From the NCBI RefSeq assembly GCF_964204865.1, contig NC_135260.1, positions 9,796,001-9,860,000 of the forward strand: a stretch of 64,000 nt of DNA. The letters run 5' to 3'. This DNA comes from Styela clava (lineage: Eukaryota). The notes under the pieces were generated by a model, which had not been told where the DNA came from, ran no database searches, and was given only the letters and a program-made list of their open reading frames with translations. Position numbers and translations under genes: made by a program. Below, one piece after another: positions 14,323 through 29,300 of this stretch (position 1 is the first letter of the stretch; each line of letters begins with the position of its first letter).

Positions 14323-17300
14323 ATGCCAGAAGCTATACAAAATCTGGTTTCTGAAGCCAAACGGAATCGATTTTCTACGATACCAAAATTATCAGAAGAT
14401 GGTAAGTGTAAATTTGATTTACATATGATGGAATGAGTTTCCTTTCTTACTGCATGCAGTACTGACTTAGTTTACCTCAATGGAGCTGGAAGCCAATAAA
14501 ATATTCTTAAAAATTCTCTGAATGTGATAGTGTTTTTCAGTTTCTGTTATATTATGACAAAACTTGATCTCCTTTTATTTTTTCATTTTTATCTATTTAT
14601 CATACCTGATCACAAAAAGAATTTCTGAAGGGCAGCAGATGAAAACTTCAACCACTGGAGTTAAAATATGACTAATTTTTTGATTTCATTTTTTTAACAA
14701 AATTAACTTTTATTGAGCAAAATAATCAAGGCATGTTTATCTTTTTTATCAATGATTCTTTAAACAGTAAGAGAATTTGTTTCATTCACTACCTGAGCTT
14801 CAGCTACACCTATGTGCCTGGGCTTTATCTTATTTTGTTCCAGATTTAATTTTATCATATGATTAAGTTATTATACCGACTTTTTTTATTATAAAATTGA
14901 ATTTGAAATGTGTTTATGGAAGTGAATGAATTTCGCTTATAAGAAGGCTCTGTACTAGCAGGTCCTGATATGTGAGAAGCTGCTTATTTCTTGAAAGGAC
15001 CAATATCTTTCTGTTTAAGCATTGCCCACCTTTTTATTATGCCTTGGAGTACGGGGGGGGGGGGCATGGGAATTGAACCCAAGATGCGAACTTAGTTAAG
15101 TCTACTGCTGTAAGTGCTAGGTTATTGTGCCCATCAGGTTTGTCAATGCAAAGAAACTCCAGTTACATTACCCAAAACTAAAGCCATGAGAAATCCCCGG
15201 GGTGTCAAGAGCTTGAACTTGTTCAGTTTAACCACTATCACTGAAAAAAACTGTATAGTAATTAGTAATTTAATTTTCATTTTTAGATATCATCAGTGTA
15301 TGGGACAGTGTATCTGAATTTATTGAAATACAGATGCAAGGTCAAAAAGGTGTTCACATTGCCAATTTGGGAACATTCACATTTGTTCATAAGAAGATGG
15401 ACATTGGAAACAATAAATTCATCCTTCTGCAACGACCTGTCTTTGTTCTCTCTGAAAAATTTGCCCAGACACATGCTCTACAATACACTAAATATCACAC
15501 CACAGGTCATAAATTATACTCTAAATATTTTTTATATTCTACAATTTTAATTAATAATTTTTAAAGAAGGAGAATTTATTAAACTTGTCATATTTAAAAC
15601 AAATATATATATGTATATTTAATTTAATTGATTTATTTGAGAATATTTTTAATTGACATATTCATGTGCTTTTCGCAAACCAAGCAGAGCTACTGTAGTT
15701 TGGAAGAATCAGAATTTTTGGTACTCCCGTAGTATGTGAACCAAGATAGCGGACAACGGAATGTAGTACGTGTACCAGGTTAGGGTTATGCCATAATTTC
15801 AGGTTTGAATACTATGAGAGTCACTTGGCCAGTCTCCGAACTTGTAATAGAACTAAAATAAGGAAAATTGGAATAACATATTGGCCTATCCCTAACCCGG
15901 TACACATACTATATTACGGTGTCTGCCATCTTGGTTCACATACTACGGGAGCGCCGAATTTTTCCGGTTCACCATTCCATACCCAAATATTTTACACCCG
16001 TGGTAAGGTGGTGAACATGAGATATGACACATGAACCGAAGATTTTAACCTGCGATGCCATCACGGTTAAGACTAATGATTTAACTACTCGGCCGACTCG
16101 TGCCCACTTTGATTTTAAACTCTGTTATATTGAATTTTTATTACTACGAGACAGACAAAGAACACTATTTTTGGAATTTAAATTTTGTCCAGTTAGTATG
16201 GCCTTAACGCTTCATGAAATCATTAAGACCAAGATAACATTGGTTATGTTATCAAGTGCAGTGTTACAAAACCATTATCATATATCTGATGTAAGTTCTC
16301 TTCAAACATCTAGAAGTTGTTAGAAAAATCGATGCCACTGGGAAAAAGCAGATTTTTCACCATATTTCAATTGTATCTTTTAGGTGAAATCCCTGTTGTT
16401 CAGCTGAATTTTACTGTTCTTGCGATGGAAACACCATTTGACAGAGATACAGTTGAATCATGTGTTCGCGAAGTTTTGCAGGTGCTGTTAAATAAACAAT
16501 AATCTGACACAGTTTCACTGACAATTATTATTATTATAATGGATCATTCATAGGGCCATCATATTATTATTATTAAATGATTTTTGTGCTTGATGATTGG
16601 CACATCATGCTATGCGCTAGAAACATGCTTGCCGTTGCACCTCTGATTACCCTGCGAAGGTTCAAGTCCTGTGAGAGAATTCTATGTGTGAGATAAATGC
16701 TGGACCCCTTGTTGTCATTTGGTGGTTCAAATAACTGGTGACCGTATACTGCATCAACCTATTTGAAATCAACGCATCTGAAGCAAATCTAACAATATTC
16801 AGTAACCAGACAAGAGGTTGTGGTTCACCATATGATTAGGCTATCTAAGTGGCTTTCCCTCCCCCACTAGGATAATTATAAAAATAAACCCATCCTACAA
16901 AAGGATCAGCCGCTTGCAATTACTAGTTTATTGAGAGTTTTGCAAAGACCCGAAGAGACATACGGTTACCAAAAGAGATAGCTGGAGCTTAGGTTGCGGG
17001 TGTTTTAATTACTGGGGTAATAATAGGGGTTTCTTCTGATTCATTCAATACCCAACCAATAGTACTTTGAATAAGGGGAAAGAGCAAAAAAAAACATAGT
17101 GGGAAAGTCTTTTTTATCATATACTGCCACTTTTTACAATTTTTGTTCACTATATCAAAAACTTATTCTTCAAGCCATTTTTATTTCATTTGTAATCAGG
17201 CTCTTTCTCGTGCTGTTGCAAGTCAACGGAATGTTGAATTTCTGTTTCGTGGCATAGGAGTCTTGAACATCCGAGATTCAAAAGTGAAAATGAAGTTTTT

Positions 17301-20300
17301 CAAAGATTTTTTAAACAGCATGGATGGATCTGGAAATCTCGTACGAGTACTCGCTAATGTGAGTTTGTATTAGATGAAATAAAAAAGTAAATTAATATAT
17401 TGTCGTATGTGTATTATACCAGTATATTACATGGCACTTAAGATAGATTCGGATAATTCATTTTCGTCATGCAAAAAACAATGCACAATAAAATAGAGAA
17501 TACATTTCATAAATTACTGAAACGAATATCGGCTTGTTGTAGTAGACGAGGGATTGCAGAAGACCCCTGGCACTTTTGTAAAATTTATAGCTTACTTCAT
17601 CATTGGTATGGTTTTGTTTACAATCGCTTTTTTCCAAGTCAATTTTTTTCATATTTTCATCCTGAAAACTTCAGTCACCTTATATGGAATTCTTTATCAC
17701 TGAGATGTTTCCTGACCATTTTAAGTAGATAGATTCCATTTTACTTGTCACCCGTTGCTCTACACTGAGAGTGAGTTCGCTTAATATCTGAGTGATTTTT
17801 TCATGTGTTGCCTTGACACCGGGACTCTAGCTTAAGCACAAAGTATTTTAATGAAAGACCCAGTTGTCAGTTTTAGATTATATTCAGTTGAGATGAAGTT
17901 GGTATTGAGTGGTTGCAAACCTAATAGCTGTTAAGGAATCTTAGTGCAATGGAGGTTATAGAGTTAAAAAAGAGAAAGGCTTATTATTATTTTGCTGGTG
18001 AAAAAACTTGACTATAACTATTCTAGGTAGAGTCGAAAGAGATATCATATTCATTATGTATCTTGTCTTCTTGTTTATTTGTCAGGAATTATTCAATGGA
18101 ACGTGTTCTTCAAGTGTAGCAGAGATAGTCAAAAAATGCATGAAGGTTGGTTTGTTAATTACCGGTATTGAAAGTGAAGCAATTTGTGTTTGCCAGGCTC
18201 AACAAAAAAGTAGAAGTCAGGTTGCAATATACAGAGATCATCATTATTATTGCAATATACAGACATCATCATATTATTATTGTTGCAGATATCTAGAAAC
18301 AGGTTATTTAAGAGGACATGAAAGCAGGCTTTATTGTTTATAATAGTGCTTCTCTGTATAAGCATCCACTGCTGGGCAAGTAGCTACTATATTTTGGAAG
18401 GACCGGGATTTTATCAGTTTGGCATTTTATACCAAATTTATTACACCCTGCGTGAGATGGTGAGAATGGGATTTGAATCCGAAATTTAATCTACTGTACC
18501 ATCATTGTTAAGTCTAACTATTTAACAACTGGAAGACTGCACCCACCTTCATTTTCACACAAACACTTTAAACCAATGGTCGGCAAATTTTATGTACTAC
18601 TAGGCCAAATATGCACATTGACAAAAGTGTGCCTATAAGCAATCTCCACATTAAACTCCAGATTATGACGCGCTTGCAACGATTTTTTTTGTTAATTACA
18701 ACTAATGGTAGGCATGTTTAGCAAGTAAACGATATACAATTTGCTTTTGTCTACGCTAGTTACTACAAAACAAAGGCAGTACAAGAATTTTTGTTTAAAA
18801 GTGAGGTAGTACGAGGGCCATAAAAGAATTGTTTACAGCCGCAGTTTGCCGACCACTGCTTTAAACCAAGTTCTGGACTGTCACTTAGACGCAAGATCTT
18901 CCATATTCGGGAGGATCTGCATCTTTCCTGAAAGATAGAAAACAGAGCCTTATATATATCCCTATATTTAATAAAAACATGTCTATTCAATTCATCCTCT
19001 ATTGTTCTTTATTTATTTTTGGGAATCACTTCGGTTTGCATCTGCCAGTTCGTGATCTTATCTACAAAAGCTGGCAAATTTGACTCCGCCTATTACCCTA
19101 TCTGATTTCTATTGTATTCAGTGTGTCGACAAAGCATGTTTCAGCATAACAAAGACAATAGATTTTTTGTGTGTACAATATGTAACTGTGTTCATAGTTA
19201 CAGGTGGTTTGCCATGTTTTTACTATGATGTATAGATATTTTGATTTATGTAAAACATATAAAGAAATATTGAAATAAATCTTTATCACAGAGGCCAGGA
19301 ACAGCGGATTCTGTTATGTCAACACAAACCTCTCTTGGAGGTCGGGACAGGCCTTCAACCAACACTCTGATGTTACCTAAGTATGTACTAAATGAATTGT
19401 ATTAGTATCATACTATATTTTATAAGTAATGTTGTGAAAATATGTATGGTCACCTGATATTTCAATTTTCATTTACAATTGTATTCAATATAATCAATGT
19501 ATTGTAAATAGTATTTTCTTTGAAACTTCAACTAAAATGCAGTAGTTGATTAGGTTTCTCAAGATTTCATTAGACATTGAATCTCATAAGTTATGAATCT
19601 TTTATTGCTAGGATATTATTCAAGTTGTGAAAATCCATATAAAAATTAAATATTTGATTCAGAGCAATTATATCTGTAGGAACAAACCGAGCAATCATTT
19701 CACTCGGGATTAAAATTATCAATCTTCTAGATGAGGGGTGTGCAATACACTGTGTTTTTTTGCTCTTGTCGCTGCGTTGAATCTTTTGTCGTTCGTTTTT
19801 CTGGTGCCTTTATTACTTACTGTAAGGCTAAGCGACAGCCGCATTCATTTATCTTGCCTTTCCCGCGACGAATTTTGAATTTGTTGTGTACATGGAAAAA
19901 TTAAAATTTTTGTGTGGCCCAGCAAGACGACTGAAGTTGGTTATATGGCCTGCCGACAAAAAATGTTGCACACCCTTCAATCTATAAAGTAAGATCGACA
20001 TGGACAAAAGCCAAAATAGCTACCCTATTTGTTTTCCAATTTCAAAACTGCTTACATAAAGCCATTAATTAACTAAAGCCAACCAGAAGTCATATATCAT
20101 TTTATACAAATATAATATGGGTAAAAGTAAATATCAAACATCCATTTAATGGTGCTCAATTTCTTGGTATTATTTCGTTTATAACTTGTAAATATTTGTA
20201 ATATATATTATCAATATGAAAACAATGTGCGAATTGTATAAAGTAACCCAATGTTTATTCATAGATTGAATGGAAAAAGAGATTTATTGCCACCAATTAC

Positions 20301-23300
20301 CGAACATGGTGTAGATGAAGAAATGCTTCCAGAAGGTAGTAATATTTATTGTTGTGCATACATAAGTGATCGTAAGCTAGCTTTAATAAACAATATAATT
20401 AATTGAATTTTGGGATAATGTTCTTGTTGTAGATTTGGGAAATTTTCCTTTAAAGTTTGCTTGAATTTGAGGGCTTTAATCCAAAAGACAAAACTTGAAA
20501 AAAAATTGTATTGAGAAAGTGAGGAAAACATTATACTGTATTTCTTCGTATATAATACGCACCCATAGATAGTATGTGTGTGCATTTTAGCACATATGGG
20601 GCAAAGTTTTTTCAATCTTCTTGTATAATACGCATAAGGATTACTATTTTTTTGATATTTTCTATGTCAATGCATAATATGCAATACCTTATTCTGAACT
20701 TGAGTTTCAGCCTTGAAAGTGCATACTATATGCGGAGAAATATGGTATTCTTTTATTATTAAACTCAACTAACTTTTTATTGTAGTATTGTGATAAATAG
20801 AATTTTTCGAACTTTTTTGAATAAAAAATCTAGGATTGTCTTTTTGTCTTGAAACCCTAAAATTGTAGTCATCTTTTATAGTAAATTTATGTTTATAAAA
20901 TATGACATAAATCCTTTCAACGCTCCAAAATACAACGAAAAGTGCAATTTATCTCGGTTTTTACATGAAAACTCGCTATACACTTGTTTACCTTTCATTT
21001 GAAAGCGATACCCTTACAAATGATTTCTGTATTCTGAGAAAACACACAATGAAACTACCGAATTATATAGCAAACCATGAACTATTATGATCGCAAACTA
21101 TTGCCACAATGGAATAAATATGTTAAGGTCATACCACAATTTGATAGTGCCATTTGTATTTAAACAGTGAAAATTTAATCATGTAGATTTTTCAATTTCA
21201 TGGTCAGAATAAAACTTTTCTTATTTGCTCGTTTCAATGAGCGGACGGACGTTATCACCCTGATGACTTGTTGCTAATAAACATTGCTGTATTTATTTAC
21301 TCTTAAACATCAGTAAGAGTACTCTGTGGCTTTGTACTGTTTAAAACTTTGAATCTTATATACCATCATTTGTATTCTGGTTTCATGACATTTTTTACTA
21401 GATTAATGATGATCATTTTAAATTTACAACCTTACCACCCAATGAAAAAACACTTTCATCTTGTGAATTTTTTTTCTATTTTGGATTCTGGGCAGCAATA
21501 AAAGAAACAATTTCAATCCAATATTTGCTTATTAGAAACACTCAAGATTCACACTGCGCTATATGACTCACTTATGAATGGACCACTTATAACTATTATT
21601 GGTATCTCTCTAAAATTGGCTACAAAACCTTTGACCCCTTTGCTTACTTTTTCTCCTTCATCTTACTCCAAGAATAACATATTTTCATACTTCATACAGA
21701 TTGTTGTCTTATCCTTAGATAGATTTTGATAGATTGTTGATACAACAATGCTGAGGCGTTACAGTGACTTGAGATATTATTTTAAGCAGATTGTTTTTCT
21801 ACTCGAGTATCTTTTGCCACTGCCAATCTTATAGAAACCTATTCTATAACTTTATGATAGGATTAAATTATGCCTTATTTGCACTAAATAGCACATATGG
21901 GGAGAATAAATGAGGACTGAATTGGAACTTTTTATTCCTTCCTCGCTATGCATAAAAAATACTTCATTTGTTCAATCTTTAGTAGGTCTTTAGCTAGCAT
22001 ATCGCACTCCCACTTTGTACCCATTTAAATAGTTTGCAATCGGGAGTAAATCAATATTATAGTAAAAATAAAAAACTAAAGAACATCAGTAATTTTTTGC
22101 TGGGGGAGAATTACTCCCTGGTCAGGAAATGTGGATTTATGAAAACCATGTATGTTATTTGATCGATTATGGGAATAGTAAGCTACTTCTTGGGTTGCAC
22201 ATGCATGGATGGTGAAAAACAACTGATTAAGAGTGATATTAAACATTCTGCGATAGAGTATAGCAGATGCTTGTCTCTTTCTGAATTTTAAGTTCATTAC
22301 TTAATACATCAAATAAATGGCAATTGATATTATCTACATGGCAAATATCATGTTTTATTTTTATTAAGAAATTTCATGTGTTGTCCATTTTTGTAATACT
22401 ATGGCTGATTTTGAGATAATTGATCTATGTCTGTTTTAAAATCTTGATGTCGGAAATCAATGTAAACTACCAGATTATACAAACAGTATTTAGAAGAAAA
22501 TAGCTCAAAGTAATTCATGTTTGCAGAGAAAATTCCACTTCCACCTACAAGAACAAGCAATCGTGAAGTAATGCGACCACACCCTGTTGTCGGAGTCAGC
22601 TTAACTGCAGATGAATTACATGAAGCCATGCCAGCTCGAGACGGTGTTCGTGGATCTGCTGTGAAAAAGTAAGTGTAGGGATTTGGTACTCCCATAGTGT
22701 GTGTACCAGGTTAGGGTTAGGCCATAATTCTATTCCAATTTTCCTTATTTTAGTTCTATTACAAGTTCGGGGACTATCTGTGTTAGCCAATTGAATATAC
22801 CCCTTGCCCATAGGCTTCCATCCCTTTACACAAAATTAGTTACCTCCATAAAGGTACACATAGTTCTGGAGCGCCAAAAAATAACAAAAGGAAAAGAATT
22901 TTGATATGATTCTGCAACAAATGATGGTCATAAAATGGTGTAGAAAATGAAGAATAAACTTAAATAAACACTGATTGAAATAAAAAAAAAAGAGTTATAT
23001 TGAGATATATTGAGAACTGACCACATAACAACAGTTTTAAACTTGTAATGACCCTGCCCTTTAATGAAAAGTAAGAAATTTATAGAATCACAAATAATTG
23101 TGTTTTTCATTCGTAATATTTATTCATTATATATATTGATATTATGGAGAATTATTTAGTTTTGGACATACCTTCTCCTTACCAAACTCATTATGAAATA
23201 AATATTAGTCTATAATTACACCCCACTTTTCTATTGTGAAAAAACAAATGTCTTTATTTGAGTCTGGAAATTTCAATAAAGGTCAGGTTCTTCAGATCAA

Positions 23301-26300
23301 CTTGGCTGTTGGTTTAAGTTCAGCTTTGTTTGTTAATAAAACCTATTTGAAACCGCGTAACATAATTAAATTATGTTCCTGATTTGTACAAATTTTGTCA
23401 AGCAAATATGTGGATTTGGTGAATGGTGTCTGTGTAAATAAAATTACATGGTTGTTATTGTCCCCTACAGAAATGATCAAACATTCCATCAAAACGGTTG
23501 TTTGATCAAATGAAAATTGGCAGGTTTATTGATCATAAAAACTGAGCGGTTAATAGCTATCTATTTCCTATGTCCCTTTCACCCAAGGTATTTAGAATGA
23601 TGTATAATATCATATAAGAAACATAGATAAAATCTGCTTACCAGTTTGATTAATATATGGTCCATAGATGGAAAGAAACTGCTTTTTTTGTCGCCATTAT
23701 ATCAAGACTTTCTCTGTAATGAAGTTACAGACAATGAATGGGTTAATTTATGACTATGACAAAAGGGATGGGCTGTTGTCATGGAAATACAAGAAAAAAG
23801 GGCACCAAGAGGATAAAATCTTACGCAAAGATTATCACGCTTCTAGTTGACCAGAAAGAATTTGATGATAGGTTGTGTGTGGGTTTTTATTGAGGTTATA
23901 AAATGACGTCCACCTATCAGTTAGAGATATCATTGCCAGCGGTTCATCGAAGTGCTACTTTTCATGGCCGAAGTAAGCTACACAGTAAAAATGCTAGAAA
24001 ACAAGTTCAAAGACAGCCATTTGGTCTTTTTCCTTCTCTGGAAAAACTAAGACGGTAAAGCTGCATTGAAATAAGAAACCAATTTGTTTATACAAATAAA
24101 CTCTTAAAGTTTATAGAATAAAGAAGATGTTTTATTAACCATTATCATTCATAATAACACTGTACAAACAATTTTGATAATACTCTCAGCAGAGCAGGTG
24201 CGATAAATATATTGTATACTAATAACAGTTAGCTTTTTGTCAACAAATTAAAATTTCTCTAAATGCTTGAAGGTAAAATCTCTCTTAAAACAATGTTAAA
24301 GAATGAAAATTAGATAAAATGTAAATGAAAAATATCACATACTTTTGAATTTTTATGCTTGCTATTTATCCGTTAAAAAATTCATTTTCAGTTACTTTGA
24401 ATTATAATAATTTTCTGTATGCAGAGGAACTAATGGAAAAAAATACTCAAAATTCTTATTTTTAATCATTTAATTAGTATCTTAGTATCTATTTATTTAT
24501 TGTCTTTCGGCGCTCTCGAAGTATGTGCACCAAGATGGCAAACAACCTGAACCCTAACCTGGTACAACTACTATGTTCAGGTTGTGCGCCATCTTGGTGC
24601 ACATCATTCTGGAGGTCCTGTCTTTCTACATTGGATGCATACTGAATCCTCTGTGAAAAGCGTTTTCAAAATTAAATATTCAATTTTTTTTTGTTTGAAT
24701 ATGGATATATTATTTATATATATTATATTATATAAGATAGTATTGAAGCATTAGACCTGACTATGGTAGCATTGTGGTATGAAATCTTGGGTTCAAACCC
24801 CATGTCCACCACATGATCCAGGGTGTAATAAATAGGGTAGGCAATGCTGAATCGTAGAGATTCCTAAACTTCCTAACTATAGTAGCTCTTCACCTAGAAG
24901 TGGTTGCTTGTGCGAGCCTTGTTCAGAGAATAACTATTCATTTTATTATTTTAGGCTACCAAGTCCTCCTCATACACCTACTAGAATGAAGCCTGAAACA
25001 AATTTACAGAATACAGATGTTCCGGGACCACCACTAACACCTAGTAGGCCAAAGTATGAAAACAGACAATTGGGTGGTGAAGCTGGAGGTATAAACTATA
25101 CAGAAATTAGGTTACAATTTGAATATAGTTTGGCAAGATTTTAAACGAGAATATCGGTCGGAAACCGAAGACTTATCGATCTTAGATCGGTAATTAGTTA
25201 ATAACTTGCTAATTATACGACATAATTAACCCAAAATCTATAGGCTTCTGGTCCGAGGTAAGATGCATGCACATGCAAAATTTGGAGCAGATTCAACCAC
25301 GCGTTCGTGAGATATCGCGTTCATCTAACAGACACACACACAGACATACAGACAAATACCTATCAATATACTTACCGATCTTAAGATCGATAAGTAATAA
25401 TGCAAATTGCAATTAACATCAACTGTGTTGCTTAAATTACTAAATCATGATGATTTTTAACATTTTTGATATTAAATAGGTTTAAACTATTCAAGATAGC
25501 AATAGGTTATTCAATCATAGTATAGAATATCAGGTTCTTTATTTTGATATTTTATTTCTGTCAGAATATTTAGCATGAATATTGTCATAGCAACAACAAT
25601 AAATTCATTATATACAAGATCATCCACATACACAACTGAAACAAATTACAGGGTGGGTCTCAGTCAAAAAGAATGTCAATAAATATTTAATGATGTCCAC
25701 CTGTCGGTCATTTTAACTTCTTTTTCGCGCCATGAACATTCTTACGACCAAACACATAAAATTTTATTTTACGAGTTTCATTTACTGCTTGCGTCATACC
25801 ATTGTTTGTTAGTACCGGTTGGAAATATAAAAAATATACATCTTTGCAAATTTATTTTATATTTCTACAACTACCATATGTAACATTGTTGTAAGCTTAA
25901 GAGAATATTATCTAAAATTATTTGTAGAAGGGTATAAGGCTTTCATAAGGTTTCGTTCCTAGTAGAACATGATCCATTGTGTCTACAGTATCTCTTTTTT
26001 TGAAGTGCCCAAATCGTATGTGACTTAAAAAAGTACCTTTTCAAATTTCATATTTCAAAATATTCACCTTAGAAAAAACATATTTTTTCTCAATAAAATT
26101 GACTAAAAATAGATCAGGAGAACTTTGTCCAACTCAAAAAAGTAAATGAGAAAATCCAAATCCAAACAGGATTTTAGAAGTTTTTTTAAATGGTGACCCA
26201 TTAATATAATAGATGAAACATATTTTAAACGATTCATTCTGAAAAACATATTTTTTCTCAAGAAAATCACTCAAAATGAGGTCACAAAAACCTCCTCAAA

Positions 26301-29300
26301 CTCAAAAAATATCAGTTGTGAATGATTTGGGGGTCCCAATGAAGTTATAATTTATCATAAATCACAGAATTTAATATCCCATAATACTTATTACTTGAAA
26401 AAATAACATGATGTTATAGGAACTGTTGTATTTGTTGAAAGTGTAATGAGATTTGTCAGAAAAGATCACAAGAATTAACAATCTAACACATAAAATCAGA
26501 AGTCGAATGATTATTGATGACTGTATGCCGTGTATCATATTCTACAGATTCTCCACGTCCAAACTCAGCACCACTGCAAACTCCCGAACCAAAACTGAAT
26601 GTATCTGCTAGAATTTCGCCTCCAGCTTCAAGCATTTGTTCGTCTCCTGCACATCACCATGGGTAAGGATGGAATAGAATTTACATATTTAACCGGGGGA
26701 GAGGAAAGTTGATACGATGGCTTAATCATATGGCAAACCACAGCCTCTCGTCCGCTTACAACTGCTTGTGATTTTCTCAAAATCATCGGTAAACAAATTG
26801 AAGAGATTGAAATAAATAATAAAAGAGATTGAACTCTGAGTGCAATTAGAGTCGACCACTTATTGAGTGACGAGAAAAACAGCTATGAGGCGGTGAATTT
26901 TATTTACATAACTGAAGTTTTCGGACAAAAACTATTTTCACCATTTATAGGATAAGATTTACATATTTATCCCAGGTAAGAGGTAAGCCGATGAGACGGC
27001 TTGATCACATGGCTATTCACGGCGTCTCGTTCGGTTACCAGTCCATGTCGGGTATAGGATAAATTAGCCAGTTATTTGATTCAGATGATTATTTGTCACG
27101 TGAACCTGCGAACCCATGCAAGTTAATCAGAGGTGCGATAACGAGCGTATTCCAAACGCTTAGCGTGATGCACCACACCGCCAAACATGGTGTCTAAAAT
27201 ACCTAGTCACTGGTTGACTCCGAGTTGGATTTAAACTTTGTTTGGCTTTTCAAAACTATAGGAAAAAATCTTTTTATTTCTTAGTGCTGGACAAGAGCTC
27301 TGTTACCTGTGCATGCAACGTGCCATGAGAAACATCCCAGTGTCATTTGAAGAGGAAAGAAGAAGAAAAGAGAAAGAACAGGATGCTTTGCTTCAGCAAT
27401 ATCAACAAATGAAAGATCAGGAAGCAATTCTTAAAGAACAGGTTCGGAAACAATATTTCTTTCAAAAGAATCAAGTATTTATTTGCTATTTGCATAGATA
27501 ACGGCTGCTCAAACGGAAGTCTCAGCCCCGCAAGGGGTCTACAAAGCTGTTTTCTCGAGGCGACGAGCAAAGATCTTTGCAATTTATCGTAAATTAACTT
27601 CGATTTGTTTAATTTCTTGACTGCAATGCATTTATTTGTTTACTTTTGTTTGTCGACTTTTTTATTATTAAACTCGCATAAAATAATGATCGAAACGTAC
27701 AAAAGTAAATCTAGGTATTTAGAAAAGCAAGTGGCCACAATTGTTGAGATTCTTTGGAAGAAAGTTGTGGTTCATAAATGTTTGAGAATCATTGTCATAG
27801 ATGAATTTTGAGTGATTTGTTCTGAATAAAGGCACTCAAAGCAGCCTTTGAGAAGCATTATTTTTAAATTTTGCTGCAAAGAAATAAAAATTGCAGATTT
27901 CAACAAAAATTGATTTCATAAATATAGTATAATGGGATGTATGGTACATATTTATCCCAGGAGAGAAGAAAGGTGATAAGATGCCTTAATCATATGGTGA
28001 ACTACGACCTCTTGTCTGGTTACCAGTCCATGTCAGTTATAGAATTAGTTAGCCAGTTATTTGTTTCAGGTGCATGGACTTGATGGTGGAGTTATGTGAA
28101 CCACCCTATGGCGGTGATAAGTTCAACAATCCTTTCGCGCACAATTCAATGATTGTTTTATCAACTTTTAAGTATATATTTCCTTTTCACAGGCATCTCA
28201 GAACATAGCGAGGCATTCAAATCAGAAAATAGCAGCTTTCAATCTTGGTGTTGCAGAATGCCTTCGTGATGTCAAAGCAAAACGCTCTACTGACTTTGTG
28301 GTAAAACAACTTTATAGTTCTTTGAATTTTCACACATAGTGGTCGACTGATGAGGACTAAATCAGTTTATCCATATTACTGTAGTGTTTAGAAATTTTTT
28401 GTGTATTAAACTAGTCTTATTCACTGATTTACTTTCCGTACTGAAAGAATACCCTGTAAATTTTATCTTTGACTGTTGATTTACACTTCTTCATAAAATC
28501 CTGGGTTATGAAAAAGAAATGATAAATTTTTTGTATTTAGAAATCATACCTATTTCAACATCGACCTCTCACTCCTCTGCGTTTTTATAAACAAGAAGAA
28601 TATAGTACTGCTTTGGAAGAACAGGTTGGTATCTCACTTAATATTCAAAGTTAATTCATGTGTGGTCTATTGACGAGCCTAACAAAAAAAGGTACCCGTA
28701 AATGTGAACCAAGATGGCGGACACCGGAACTAGTATGTGTACCAGGTTAGGGTTAGGCCATAATTTCAGGTACAAATACTACGGGAGTCACTTGGCAACT
28801 CATAATAGAATTAAAATAGGGAAAATTGGTAACCTGTTACACATACTACGATCCGATGTCCGCCATCTTGGTTCGCATACTACAGAAGTACCCAAAAAAC
28901 TCTTCATCGAAGTGCTCAAAAAAAATTTCTGACACAAGCTCAAAAAAAGACCTATTATTCTTGAGTTGCCTAAGGGAGAGTAACAAGAAGGATTTCTCAT
29001 AAGTGTCCCATGGGAGAGGATGTACAAAAAGATAGCTTAATCATATGACGATCCACGTCTTCTCGTGTTGTGACCTATCGCCGTCGATATGGGTCGTGTA
29101 CCTCATATTTGTTTCAGTTGCATGGACTTAATGGTGGAGTAAGTCGTACACAGCCTCTTGCACCTTCGAATCTATGAAACCACTTGGAATGGAAGTGGTC
29201 TTTCATGGTAAAAACTTGAGCAAATTAAATTGATTCATAATCCTGGACCTAGCAAAAGTTTAATTAGTAAATTAAAAGTCAATATTCATAAAGATCTCTT

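Noticed and set aside
18008-18365. ORFs in CCDC81 intron 4
   Set aside because: Low-complexity translations over a small local tandem duplication (about 18222-18282) and repeat remnants.
22708-22720. Interstitial telomere
   Set aside because: Only two TTAGGG-type units, always inside MITE family B.
26070-26310. Two diverged copies of a block of about 70 bp spaced about 170 bp apart
   Set aside because: AT-rich local duplication with no termini, TSD or structure to support function.
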